From: a virus
Lineage: Duplodnaviria > Heunggongvirae > Uroviricota > Caudoviricetes
DNA: 64,000 nt
Direction: 5' to 3' (one strand)
IMG/VR virus record: IMGVR_UViG_3300013902_000267
The position numbers and the translations under genes are program-made. Positions 1 through 9,601 of the stretch are shown here, piece after piece; the first letter of the stretch is position 1, and each line of letters opens with the position of its first letter. Under the pieces are notes generated by a model that saw nothing but the letters and a program-made list of their open reading frames with translations, did no database searches and was not told the DNA's origin.

Positions 1-32
1 TATATATAAGATAGTAAGCTTATAGATTTTAT

Positions 33-103
33 TGGGATATAATGTAATGGTAACATGGAATACTCTGAATGTTCTCTTACTGGTTCGAATCCGGTTATCC
101 CAA
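33..103 (+). tRNA. tRNA-Gln (anticodon CUG)
   Basis: Manual cloverleaf fold. Acceptor TGGGATA/TATCCCA. D arm ATGT-AATGGTA-ACAT. Anticodon stem GAATA/TGTTC with loop CTCTGAA (U33, anticodon CTG, A37). T arm ACTGG-TTCGAAT-CCGGT. Discriminator A. Confidence 0.8.
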
Positions 104-222
104 CATATTCGTAATTTTTATTTTTTATTTTTTTTATTTTTAAAGGATTTATACATAAAGAGAAAAGGTTAATAAGATTTATTTCTTATTAACCTTTATT
201 ATTTTATTTCTTAAAATAAATA

Positions 223-846
223 TTAATCTTCATCATCCCAATAATCATAATATTCATTTGGATCATAATTTAATTCTTTATCTTCCTTAAAATTATCAAT
301 CACCTTAGAATTTTCAACAAATTCTTTTACTTTTTCTATAATATCTGCATCGTTAATCATTATTTCTTGAGTGCCATCTGTTAACATTAAACCATCAATA
401 TTTATTTTATCGATTTTACATTCAGTTTCATCTGGATCATCAGGTTGATCATAATCATGTGAACGCATACCTGGCGTATAATCAACCCAACAATCAATGT
501 CTGCATTAAATGCTAAACTTACGCCATAATCTTCCATTGAACGTGTTAATATTGTTGCTGTTTCATTCTTTGGATCAACATCTGGTATAATATTACACAT
601 TAAACAATCGTCATCTTGATCATATTGCTCTATATATCCATTATCATTAAGAAGATCCATAATTAATGAATTAATTAATTCTTGTGGAAGTGATTCCATA
701 TCAGAAAGATCAATATCTCCATTTTCATCATAATACTTTGGATCAATATTAGATGATGTTATTATACCTTCATTAAGTGATTTCTTAAGTGCTGAAGCAA
801 TACCATTTACTAATGATTCATATAATGCTTTATTTTGTTTCTTCAT
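223..846 (-). CDS. hypothetical acidic protein (207 aa)
   Basis: Uninterrupted ORF ending with a D/E/Y-rich tail. No recognisable motif. Confidence 0.5.
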   Translation of the reverse strand: MKKQNKALYESLVNGIASALKKSLNEGIITSSNIDPKYYDENGDIDLSDMESLPQELINSLIMDLLNDNGYIEQYDQDDDCLMCNIIPDVDPKNETATILTRSMEDYGVSLAFNADIDCWVDYTPGMRSHDYDQPDDPDETECKIDKINIDGLMLTDGTQEIMINDADIIEKVKEFVENSKVIDNFKEDKELNYDPNEYYDYWDDED

Positions 847-942
847 AATTTCTATTAAATGCTAAATTATTTTTTATATTTATCATTTTTAAAACTATTT
901 AAAATAATTAATCTATAATAATTAAAATAAAAGGTTTGTTTT

Positions 943-1518
943 ATGAGTACACGTTGTAATTTACAAATACAAGATAATATAGAAGGAGAACATATATTAT
1001 ATCGACACTGTGATGGCATGCCAGATTCTGCAGGTAATGAAATAAAGAATTTCCTTAATGACTATGTAAAGAATACTAATACAACATATAATTATGAAGA
1101 AATTTCTAAAGGTATTATAGAACAGTTAGGATTTGAAGACGAAGGTAAAGTAGCAAAAGATATAAACTATTTTTATGAAATTGTTGTGCATCCAAATACA
1201 ATATTCTATACATGTTGGCATGTACCTGTATTTGGCAATTATGATATTGATAGTTTGGAGGATTATCCTGATTGTGAAGAACTAGAATGTGAGGAATTCA
1301 ATAAGTGTAATATACGAAAAGAAACTATTAATAAATCAACAGATGATATTGTTGATTCTAAAGAACTATTAAAATATGTAGATAGAAGAAATAAATTTCT
1401 TGATGAACTTTTAGATGAAGTTGAATTAAACGGTGGTATATCAAGAGATAAAATTATGAATATGTTAAAAGTAACATATGATCAGGGGTATAATTATAAT
1501 AGAGTAGATAATATTTAA
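943..1518 (+). CDS. hypothetical protein (191 aa)
   Basis: Uninterrupted ORF in a co-directional gene array. Cys/acidic-rich. Confidence 0.5.
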   Translation: MSTRCNLQIQDNIEGEHILYRHCDGMPDSAGNEIKNFLNDYVKNTNTTYNYEEISKGIIEQLGFEDEGKVAKDINYFYEIVVHPNTIFYTCWHVPVFGNYDIDSLEDYPDCEELECEEFNKCNIRKETINKSTDDIVDSKELLKYVDRRNKFLDELLDEVELNGGISRDKIMNMLKVTYDQGYNYNRVDNI

Positions 1519-1530
1519 TTTATAATTGTT

Positions 1531-1710
1531 ATGAAAAAATATTTAGAGATTCATTTGAAATATGAATTACCAGAAGATTATGATATTGATATTATAAATG
1601 ATGGTATTGATAATAAAGAAACATGGTCTTATATATTAGATTTAATGACAGATAATGAAAATAGAGAAAGTAAGGATACATGTAAATATACAACAGTTAA
1701 GATATACTAA
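1531..1710 (+). CDS. small hypothetical protein (59 aa), absent from the ORF track
   Basis: ATG at 1531 and TAA at 1708-1710. It fills the gap between flanking + strand genes. Confidence 0.35.
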   Translation: MKKYLEIHLKYELPEDYDIDIINDGIDNKETWSYILDLMTDNENRESKDTCKYTTVKIY

Positions 1711-1712
1711 AT

Positions 1713-2396
1713 ATGAAACATTACGATTCAATAGATAATATAAAATATAATACTGAATTAGTAGGAGAACAAGTATGGGCATTCAATAAATTAGATGGTC
1801 AGAATTTTTGTGCTAAATATTCTGTAAAGAAAAAGGAATTTACAAATTTTGGTTCAAGAAAATGTATGGTAGATGAGACATCAGAACAATTTGGTGATGC
1901 TGTACGTTATTTTAAATCACATAATTATTCATCTATATTAAGTAATATAGTTGAAAAACATAGAGTAAAGAAAGATATATTTTGTGGTGTTGATGAAATT
2001 ACATTTTTCTTCGAATGGTATGGAGAACATAGTTTTGCAGGATTTCATTCTGAAGAAGATAAAGATAATATGCATCTTGCATTAATTGATGTGTTCATCA
2101 AAAAGAAGGGATATATTGAACCAAAGATATATATGGATCTATTTAGAGATTGTGGAATAGAATTGCCGCAATTAGTTTATACGGGACCATTATCAAATGA
2201 TTTTATTAAAGATATTCAAGAAAATGACTGGACTGAACCAAATTGTAAATTTCCTTATGTAAAGGAAGGTGTTGTAATAAGGAGATCTACTATTTTAAAA
2301 GGACAACGAATGCCTAAAGTAAAAGTTAAAACAAAATGGTGGTTAACTGAATTACATAAAAGATATACAGAAGAAGAATGTAAATTATTAGAGTAA
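1713..2396 (+). CDS. minimal ATP-dependent polynucleotide (RNA) ligase-like nucleotidyltransferase
   Basis: Covalent nucleotidyltransferase motifs in the correct order: motif I NKLDGQN (KxDG), motif IV EGVVIRR, motif V KVKVKTK. Size 227 aa fits a stand-alone Rnl-type adenylyltransferase domain. Confidence 0.5.
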   Translation: MKHYDSIDNIKYNTELVGEQVWAFNKLDGQNFCAKYSVKKKEFTNFGSRKCMVDETSEQFGDAVRYFKSHNYSSILSNIVEKHRVKKDIFCGVDEITFFFEWYGEHSFAGFHSEEDKDNMHLALIDVFIKKKGYIEPKIYMDLFRDCGIELPQLVYTGPLSNDFIKDIQENDWTEPNCKFPYVKEGVVIRRSTILKGQRMPKVKVKTKWWLTELHKRYTEEECKLLE

Positions 2397-2398
2397 TT

Positions 2399-2851
2399 AT
2401 GACAACAGGTGAATTAGACGAAATTGTAAAAGATATTATTAATATTTTTGGTAAACATATAAAGCTTGCAAGTTTATCAGAAAAATCATATGCAACAGGA
2501 CATGAAAATTATTATGATATAGTGTTTGAGAATACTACATCATTTACTTCACGAATGTTCGGTTATCAATATAGAAAGTTCCTTAATAATCTTGCAAGTT
2601 TAACTAATGGTGAAACAAGAAAAACAAATTCATATAAAGGATTTGTATATTATTGGTTTCCTGGATTTATTTACAAGAAAAATAATTTAAGAATTGAATT
2701 TGGAAGGAAAGGTTGGAATAGACATAGTGGTGATGATTCAACTACATGTTTTTATATGACGACTAATAACAAATATATTATTGAAGAAATTGTTAATAAT
2801 ATATTAAGAGATAGAGATATACGTATTTTAAAGAAGAATGATTATGAATAA
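2399..2851 (+). CDS. hypothetical protein (150 aa)
   Basis: Uninterrupted ORF, translationally coupled to its neighbours. Confidence 0.45.
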   Translation: MTTGELDEIVKDIINIFGKHIKLASLSEKSYATGHENYYDIVFENTTSFTSRMFGYQYRKFLNNLASLTNGETRKTNSYKGFVYYWFPGFIYKKNNLRIEFGRKGWNRHSGDDSTTCFYMTTNNKYIIEEIVNNILRDRDIRILKKNDYE

Positions 2852-3491
2852 TAAACCAACATTAGTTGTTCCAAAAGGCAGACTATATAAAGGAATTAAA
2901 CATATGTTTAATTTATGTAATATTGATATGCCTGATGAGAATACTAGACAATATTATTTCCCTGATTGGAGTGATGATTGTGCATTATTTATAGCAAAAC
3001 CTAAAGCAATACCAGAATTAATTGCAAGTAAATTCTGTGAATTCAGTATGTGCGGATATGATATTATAAAGAATAGTGAATATGAAAATGATATAGAGCT
3101 CATTAAACACACAGGACTAAATAGAGTAAAAGTATGTTTAGCTTCACGATATAATATTGATGAATTGTGTCATATGAATAAACCAGTTATTTGTGCCACA
3201 GAATTTGATGTGTTAGCAAATCATTATTTTACAAAATTAGGAATTCCACATTATATATTAAATACAGCAGGTTCAACAGAAGGATATATTGATATTGGTG
3301 CAGATTGTATTATTGATGTTGTAGAAACAGGGAAAACACTTAAAGAAAATAATATTAATATATTAGATACACTGATTGATACTGATACATGTATATTTGA
3401 ACATGCATCATTAATGGATGCAATGTTACCATCAAATATACAAATAATTTATGATCAATGGATTAATAAGACATGGGAAACGAGAATGTAA
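2838..3491 (+). CDS. ATP phosphoribosyltransferase (HisG)-like protein
   Basis: N-terminal LVVPKGRL resembles the HisG IAxPKGRL block. The C-terminal block TAGSTEGYIDIGADCIIDVVETGKTLKENNI closely matches the HisG PRPP-binding signature (SVElAPxxGlADAIvDLVsTGxTLxaNgL). Confidence 0.55.
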   Translation: MIMNNKPTLVVPKGRLYKGIKHMFNLCNIDMPDENTRQYYFPDWSDDCALFIAKPKAIPELIASKFCEFSMCGYDIIKNSEYENDIELIKHTGLNRVKVCLASRYNIDELCHMNKPVICATEFDVLANHYFTKLGIPHYILNTAGSTEGYIDIGADCIIDVVETGKTLKENNINILDTLIDTDTCIFEHASLMDAMLPSNIQIIYDQWINKTWETRM

Positions 3492-3934
3492 AATATATAG
3501 TAGAATTTGATGGTAATGATGGCACAGGAAAAACTTATACGATAAAAGTATTATCAAAAGTTTTTTCTAACTGTATTTTTATAGATAGAGGATTATTCAG
3601 TAAAGCAACATTGCTATCAGACGAAAATGATGAAATGTATAAGTATATTGATGATAATATTGATATGAATAGAATTTATATTATATTGGATGATTATCCA
3701 GAACATTGTCAAATGCTTATAAAAAGAAGAGGAGATTCTATTGAAGAGAAATATCATACAATAGAAGATTTAGAGTATTATCGTAAACAATTTACAAACT
3801 TATATGGTTATTGTTGTAAAAAGAATTATGATAATGTTTATTTAGTTACACGATTATTACCAGATCATGTTCAGGTAATGATTGATATTATTAAGAAATT
3901 TACTAATTTTAATAAGGAAAATAATAATGAGTAA
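3473..3934 (+). CDS. P-loop (deoxy)nucleoside monophosphate kinase-like protein
   Basis: Walker A motif EFDGNDGTGKTY is of the thymidylate-kinase type (xDGxxGxGKT). 153 aa. Confidence 0.45.
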   Translation: MGNENVKYIVEFDGNDGTGKTYTIKVLSKVFSNCIFIDRGLFSKATLLSDENDEMYKYIDDNIDMNRIYIILDDYPEHCQMLIKRRGDSIEEKYHTIEDLEYYRKQFTNLYGYCCKKNYDNVYLVTRLLPDHVQVMIDIIKKFTNFNKENNNE

Positions 3935-4577
3935 AATAATTATTGGTACCAGTAATCCAGGTAAGATTAGAGAAATTGCATCTATTCTTTCACCATTAGG
4001 ATATGAGATTGAACCGCATGCATTGGATGTTGATGAAACAGGAAAGACTATTAAAGATAATGCTATTATAAAAGCAAAAGCATATAGTAATGTATTTCCA
4101 GATACTTATGTTATTGCAGAAGATAGTGGATTAGTCGTTCCTAAATTGAATAATCTTCCTGGTCCGTATTCAGCAAGATTTCATGAAATTACAATAGATG
4201 ATAATTTGAATGTTATAAATGTTCCACATGAAGAATTTACTACGGATAAATCTGAACATGATAAACTTAATAATGAGAAGTTGTTGAAGTATATTAAAGA
4301 TATTCCGTTTGATGAGCGTGCAGCATATTTTGAAGTATGTTTTGTCATTGCAAAGAATGGAATTATTCAAGAAACATTTAGTGGTTATTCATATGGTTAT
4401 ATAGCAGATGAATTACGTGGAACAAATGGATTTGGTTATGATCCATTGTTTATTGGTGAGAATACATTTGGTAAGACATATGCAGAACTAGATTCTGCAA
4501 GAAAGAATTTAAAGAGTCACAGAAAGCAAGCATTGAAACAATTGGGCCTTTGGGTTTCACAGAATATAGAGAATTAA
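3927..4577 (+). CDS. non-canonical purine NTP pyrophosphatase (ITPase, Ham1/RdgB family)
   Basis: Start is ATG 3927 (MSKIIIGTSNPGK), overlapping the upstream stop. Family motifs present: TSNPGK, AEDSGL, PGPYSARF, GFGYDPLF, KSHR. Confidence 0.75.
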   Translation: MSKIIIGTSNPGKIREIASILSPLGYEIEPHALDVDETGKTIKDNAIIKAKAYSNVFPDTYVIAEDSGLVVPKLNNLPGPYSARFHEITIDDNLNVINVPHEEFTTDKSEHDKLNNEKLLKYIKDIPFDERAAYFEVCFVIAKNGIIQETFSGYSYGYIADELRGTNGFGYDPLFIGENTFGKTYAELDSARKNLKSHRKQALKQLGLWVSQNIEN

Positions 4578-4583
4578 TAATAT

Positions 4584-5075
4584 ATGAAGAAATTTATTTT
4601 TCCAGGTTCATTTGATCCTTTTACAAATGGGCATAAAGCAATAGTAGATCAGACATATAAATTGTGTGATGAATTTATTATAGCATTAGCGACAAACTTA
4701 AAGAAAGGAGAAGGACTTATTAAACGTCCTGAGCGTATTAAGTTAATTAAAGAGATTTTTAAAGATTATCCGAATGTAAAGGTAATTGATATGACAGATA
4801 CCTTGATTTCTGATTATTGTAAAAAGAATGGAGTTTCTTATATTGTTAGAGGTATCAGAAATTCGGAAGACTTTACATATGAAAAATCATTGGCAGCTAC
4901 TAACCATTATTTGGCAGGTGTAGAAACAATGTTGGTAATGGGTTTTTGCGAACCATATAATATTGATATTTCATCTACATTCGTTAGAGAATTGGTACAT
5001 TATAAATTACCTATTGGTGAGTTTGTTCCACCAGTTGTTGAACAATATATTAAAGATAATAATTTAACATGGTAA
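4584..5075 (+). CDS. phosphopantetheine adenylyltransferase (CoaD)-like class I nucleotidyltransferase
   Basis: FPGSFDPFTNGH is the PPAT-type (T/H)xGH motif. VRGIRNSEDFTYEKSLAATN matches the CoaD RGLRxxxDFEYE block. An NMN/NaMN adenylyltransferase role cannot be excluded. Confidence 0.6.
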   Translation: MKKFIFPGSFDPFTNGHKAIVDQTYKLCDEFIIALATNLKKGEGLIKRPERIKLIKEIFKDYPNVKVIDMTDTLISDYCKKNGVSYIVRGIRNSEDFTYEKSLAATNHYLAGVETMLVMGFCEPYNIDISSTFVRELVHYKLPIGEFVPPVVEQYIKDNNLTW

Positions 5076-5938
5076 ATAAGATTCAAGAAGAAGATTTAAA
5101 AGCAGTTGAGTATTGTAAAACTGTATTATATCCTAAATGGAATATCAAAGATTTGTATTCTATAGATTTTGATACATTTAGAAAAATGCCGTTGGTTGTA
5201 GAAGGTGAAAGTAAAGAGATACGTGCATTGGATGATGATTATTGTATCATTTATTTTAAACCTACAATTTATTCATTTACATATAATAGAACTGGTATTG
5301 TAGAAGGAAGTAATATTCCACGTGTTCATGTAAGTAAAGTATTGTGTGAGTTACTTAAAGAAAATGGTATTAAACATGCATATCTAGATTATGGTGATGA
5401 ATTTGTATTAGCACGCATAATTAAAGATACACCTAATATTGAAGTTGTTGTAAAAGCAAATCATACAGGTACAAGTAAACATAGATATTTTGGTATGGGT
5501 AAATCACATGTAAGAATGTCACATCCATATTATTCGGGAATGAAAATTAAAGACATGGAACCATATCCAGCACCTATTGTAAGATTTGATTGGCGAAATC
5601 CATTTTGGGAACCAAATACACATAAGATGTTAGCTGATGAAGTTATGTGCGATGATCAAGCAGATTATTATATTGATGTTAAGAAAGCAAAGAAAACTGC
5701 AGCACTAACATTCAGTGTATTAAGTGATTTTCTTGCAAGTAAAGATATTGTTATTTATGATTTGTGTTTGTTTATATCAGAAGATGGTGAAACAGTATAT
5801 GGAGAAATTTCACCAGATTGTGGAAGATATAGACATTATGATTTAGGAAGTCTTGATAAGGATGTATGGCGTGCAGGAGGTTCATCAGATCAGGTATTGG
5901 AGAAGTGGAATTTACTGTATAAAATGATTACACAATAA
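5069..5938 (+). CDS. SAICAR synthetase (PurC)-like protein
   Basis: Colinear matches to PurC blocks: VVEGESKEIRALDDD (GKxKxVY...D), VVVKANHTGTSKHRYFG (VVRNRAAGSLVKRLG), and IYDLCLFISEDGETVYGEISPDCGRY (DFKLEFG...GDEFSPDxSR). Confidence 0.55.
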   Translation: MVNKIQEEDLKAVEYCKTVLYPKWNIKDLYSIDFDTFRKMPLVVEGESKEIRALDDDYCIIYFKPTIYSFTYNRTGIVEGSNIPRVHVSKVLCELLKENGIKHAYLDYGDEFVLARIIKDTPNIEVVVKANHTGTSKHRYFGMGKSHVRMSHPYYSGMKIKDMEPYPAPIVRFDWRNPFWEPNTHKMLADEVMCDDQADYYIDVKKAKKTAALTFSVLSDFLASKDIVIYDLCLFISEDGETVYGEISPDCGRYRHYDLGSLDKDVWRAGGSSDQVLEKWNLLYKMITQ

Positions 5939-5940
5939 TT

Positions 5941-6177
5941 ATGAGAAAATACGAATGTGAGATTGAAGATTATCATGGACATTTCTTTCACCATCGGTTT
6001 GAAGCAAACGATGATAATGAAGCGTTGGATAAAGCAAATGACCATGGTTATAGATATTATGCTAATGATGATACTTTATATTATGTAGAAGGAGATTATG
6101 TTGATTATAGTAATATAAGTACAGATCATTATAAAGAGAATATAAAGAAGTACCATCAAATATGGACTTCAATTTAA
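5941..6177 (+). CDS. hypothetical protein (78 aa)
   Basis: Uninterrupted ORF, start coupled to the upstream stop. Confidence 0.45.
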   Translation: MRKYECEIEDYHGHFFHHRFEANDDNEALDKANDHGYRYYANDDTLYYVEGDYVDYSNISTDHYKENIKKYHQIWTSI

Positions 6178-6183
6178 ATAGTA

Positions 6184-6216
6184 TATTTAAAAGTCACTAA
6201 AATAAAAACTTTAGTG
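6184..6216 (+). terminator. rho-independent terminator-like hairpin
   Basis: AAGTCACTAAA-ataaaaa-CTTTAGTGACTT followed by a T-run, directly after the 5941..6177 stop. Confidence 0.55.
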
Positions 6217-6263
6217 ACTTTTTCTATTATTATATATGAATTATAATTTAAACTATAAGATAA

Positions 6264-6647
6264 ATGAATTTAATTACAAATATAAAGAAATCATACAAAC
6301 ATATACCATATACATTTAAACATTGGAAGATGGTATTGAAATTAGAGAAGAAATATATAGGCTATTATAAATATCCTTTTCATGATTTAGATAAATTGTT
6401 CATGTATATATTCTTCCCTTATTTAGGAACAAAGATAATTCAGAAAATTCATACAAAGTTTGCTAATCATCATTTACGTAAATATAAGAAACATATGAAT
6501 TTTGATGAAGCTATTCTTGATTGGGAATCTGCAAGGTTTACAAAACCTGATAAACCATTGGATGCGTGGGATACATATCAAAAATATTTTACGGAATTTT
6601 CAAATGAACTTTTACCTATATTTGAAAAATTTAACTTGAAACATTAA
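6264..6647 (+). CDS. hypothetical protein (127 aa)
   Basis: Uninterrupted ORF. Confidence 0.45.
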   Translation: MNLITNIKKSYKHIPYTFKHWKMVLKLEKKYIGYYKYPFHDLDKLFMYIFFPYLGTKIIQKIHTKFANHHLRKYKKHMNFDEAILDWESARFTKPDKPLDAWDTYQKYFTEFSNELLPIFEKFNLKH

Positions 6648-6869
6648 AGACTTTATTTATATACGTTTATATAAAATACATAATGATTTTGTTTTAGAAG
6701 AACATTTATAAAAACTGTTTTAATAATTAGTGTAAAAGTGAGCACACAGAAAAAGAGAATTATGATAATTTCTGTAGAGCATGGATCAATACCAGCATTA
6801 TATAATGTACAGTTTATAGCAACGAATGTTCGAAATTTAAATTAACTATATGTCTAACATTCTTAATTT

Positions 6870-6939
6870 TTATTATTGGTAATAAGTGGCAAAACATGCT
6901 AGGAATAGTAAGTTATCGGTTCGAACCCGATATAATAAA
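6870..6939 (+). other. tRNA-like element (possible degenerate tRNA)
   Basis: Perfect 7-bp acceptor pairing TTATTAT/ATAATAA. Canonical T arm ATCGG-TTCGAAC-CCGAT. No convincing D arm or anticodon arm could be folded by eye. Confidence 0.3.
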
Positions 6940-7154
6940 GATAGAAAATGGATGATAGTTAATGATGCTAGATATAACGCTTATTATAGAAGTATTATAG
7001 GATTTGATTGAAGTGTGGATGTTTATTATACCTGTTCTATTTTTTAATAAAACAAATGTCCCTATAGATTGAAACATGGATTGAGATGAATATAATATGA
7101 TGTAATTTTAAGTTTGTTATATTTAGCATTAATTTTTTAATAAGAATTATTAAT

Positions 7155-7598
7155 ATGTATATGTTACGATTACAAGATTTACCAGATGGTGCAATAGTTC
7201 AATTATACTATAGGTCTTACGAAGAAGGATATGGACGTAGTAAACCAATGTTTAGAACATATATTATATCATTTAATGATAATACTATAATTTTTTCAAA
7301 TGTAGAATCTAAATACGAAGGTAATTTTAGTTTTTATTTAAATCAAACAGCACAATATATACATTTTGATCCAACAGACATAAATAATATTAATAATTTT
7401 GGATTTGATAAAAACTATATTATTGTATATGGAATTTATACATTTGATGATTCTAATAATAAAGTAAAAATGCCATATTCAATGAAAGGCAAGTATAAAA
7501 TGAACATATACAATACAAAATGTATATATCAAGAAGATATATCAAAAATTGCAGGGGATGAAATACAAGCTTACAATAGACGATACAAATATTATTAA
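7155..7598 (+). CDS. hypothetical protein (147 aa)
   Basis: Uninterrupted ORF. Confidence 0.45.
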   Translation: MYMLRLQDLPDGAIVQLYYRSYEEGYGRSKPMFRTYIISFNDNTIIFSNVESKYEGNFSFYLNQTAQYIHFDPTDINNINNFGFDKNYIIVYGIYTFDDSNNKVKMPYSMKGKYKMNIYNTKCIYQEDISKIAGDEIQAYNRRYKYY

Positions 7599-8109
7599 TA
7601 TAAACATATTACCCGGTGCAAAATTTGAATGTACAATATATAAAGGCAACGGACATTATGAAAGTTCATATGGAACTATTATGAAATGCAATGATAGATT
7701 AGTATTAATGTTGTGTGGACTTTTGTTTTTTGGATATGACTATCATTCTTGGAATAGTATTCATACTTATAATAAAAAACATTATCTGTATTATAATTAT
7801 TATAAGAATGATAACGATAGTATGAAAATAAAAGGTATTGTATGGTATTTAGATTTTGAAAAATATCCAGATAATTTTGGATTGTCTCCAAAATTATTTG
7901 TTGTTACTGATATATGGTTTAATAATATACATATATATAAAAGTAATTATATGTTGAAGAAATACAAACCAAGTTTAAAACCAAATTATATACATGAAGC
8001 AAATGAAAATTGTAAATGTTTTAAATATTGCGGTGGTAGTGTATATTCATCGGAAAAGTTAGAGGAATATGCAGAAGTAATACCTAATAAAAATTATAAT
8101 TATGAATAA
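7549..8109 (+). CDS. hypothetical protein (186 aa)
   Basis: Uninterrupted ORF overlapping its neighbours. Confidence 0.45.
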   Translation: MQGMKYKLTIDDTNIININILPGAKFECTIYKGNGHYESSYGTIMKCNDRLVLMLCGLLFFGYDYHSWNSIHTYNKKHYLYYNYYKNDNDSMKIKGIVWYLDFEKYPDNFGLSPKLFVVTDIWFNNIHIYKSNYMLKKYKPSLKPNYIHEANENCKCFKYCGGSVYSSEKLEEYAEVIPNKNYNYE

Positions 8110-9580
8110 TATTAAAGAAAATAATTTTTTCATTCCTAGAAAAATTGCTGTAGGATTTGTAAAAAGAGCAAATACATATTCAGGAAAGTTATCTTATATT
8201 ACTTATTATGATAATACTAATAAATTACGTAAGGACGTATCTTGGAATGGTTGGAGAGATAAAAATATAGAACCTGTATATACGGATAATATTCCAACAA
8301 CAGGTTTTATTATTAATAAACGTGCAGGAGGCGAAAAATGGGGATGGAACCAAAGAGCAACATATGCGCGTATATATGATCCAAGAGGGTTTGAATTTGA
8401 GATAACTATAGATAATCTTCTTTGGATTCTGGAATATACTAATTCAGAAAACAAGGAATTAAAAGGACAATTTGTATATAGTTGGTATGGAACTGAACTT
8501 GTACTTATGCCTATTGTTTCATCTGATTATGAAGAATCTAAACGTTTATCTGAACAACAATATAATAAAACATCGTTTAAAGAACGCGATTTAATTCCTG
8601 GAACACTTTATAAAATGAAAGGTAAGGAATTAAATGAATTGGTATATATTGGTAAAGTAAAAGTATCTACTGAATTCAATATGTCTTATGTTAATAAATT
8701 AGCATTTGTACCTATACAGGATTCTTGGAAGTTATATTCACATTATGATAAAAATATCAACAGATCTGATTTCTTTATATTTAAAAGTGTTTCGTCTGTT
8801 ATAGCAGAAATGCAACAAAATTATTTTAGTGACGATATTGTAAAAGAATATCTACATAGATTTGATATGTGCGCGTATTCATATAATTTCTGGAATAATT
8901 TTGGTAATTTCATTGATAAATTTGTTTCTGACCATCCATGTATAATGAATGATTATAAAAAACCATATAAGATAGAATATAATAGATATAGCACAGAGAA
9001 GAATAATTATAATAATATTATTGATAAATTCGAATATAATGGTATAAAGTTAGATTCATTAAGAATTATTCCTGAATGGTTAATCCAAACAGACAGAGAA
9101 CACATATTTTATGAAAATACAAGTGTATTAAAATCAGTTATATCCGATGATGGTAAATCCGTATTGATAAAAGATCAATATCCTACTATAGAAAAGATTA
9201 ATACATTTAATAGGATTGTATATAAACGAATGTATGATTTCATGAATATTGATTTAAATACAAATACATTTAATAAAATATGTGATCCCGGATTGTGGGA
9301 TGAATATAGAGGTCATCATTCTTGCGAAGTATCAAATATTATATATAAGCATCCATCAGAAACTACAGATGTTCAGAAAGCAAGAGAAATTAATACTCAG
9401 GTTTCATTAAATGATAACAGAACATTCTTATATTATATAACGAAGGATAATTATATATCTATATCATTACAGGAAATGATACGGAATCATCGTTATATGA
9501 AATTCGGTTTCTCGAATGGTATAGATGAGAATAAATGGGTAACATTAGATGTAATATTGTTACCAAAAAAGATTAAGTAA
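8102..9580 (+). CDS. hypothetical protein (492 aa)
   Basis: Long uninterrupted ORF with no in-frame TAG. Confidence 0.5.
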   Translation: MNNIKENNFFIPRKIAVGFVKRANTYSGKLSYITYYDNTNKLRKDVSWNGWRDKNIEPVYTDNIPTTGFIINKRAGGEKWGWNQRATYARIYDPRGFEFEITIDNLLWILEYTNSENKELKGQFVYSWYGTELVLMPIVSSDYEESKRLSEQQYNKTSFKERDLIPGTLYKMKGKELNELVYIGKVKVSTEFNMSYVNKLAFVPIQDSWKLYSHYDKNINRSDFFIFKSVSSVIAEMQQNYFSDDIVKEYLHRFDMCAYSYNFWNNFGNFIDKFVSDHPCIMNDYKKPYKIEYNRYSTEKNNYNNIIDKFEYNGIKLDSLRIIPEWLIQTDREHIFYENTSVLKSVISDDGKSVLIKDQYPTIEKINTFNRIVYKRMYDFMNIDLNTNTFNKICDPGLWDEYRGHHSCEVSNIIYKHPSETTDVQKAREINTQVSLNDNRTFLYYITKDNYISISLQEMIRNHRYMKFGFSNGIDENKWVTLDVILLPKKIK

Positions 9581-9601
9581 TTTTTTTATTTCAAAATAAT
9601 T

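Noticed and set aside
4170-4370. Antisense or overlapping short ORFs from the track. Examples: 4170..4370(-), 7679..7891(-), 8206..8454(-), 10288..10503(-), 12565..12834(-), 16578..16952(-), 16637..16876(+), 19512..19742(-), 20491..21183(+), 28044..28295, 29321..29569(+), 30553..30786(+), 31068..31358(+), 32907..34822(+), 36279..37317(+), 48453..48782(+), 49365..49709(+), 53150..53395(+), 55775..56020(+), 59223..59942(+), 61552..61941(+).
   Set aside because: They lie antisense to, or inside, well-supported genes. They are AT-rich low-complexity translations (Ile/Leu/Phe/Asn runs) with no motifs. They are typical spurious ORFs for 29% GC DNA.
4584-5075. Calling the PPAT-like protein an NMN adenylyltransferase (NadD/NadM) to complete an NAD salvage pathway with NadV.
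   Set aside because: The FDPxTxGH signature with Thr before GH and the RGIRxxxDFxYE block are CoaD/PPAT-like, not NadD-like. NMNAT activity remains only a hypothesis, noted in the findings.
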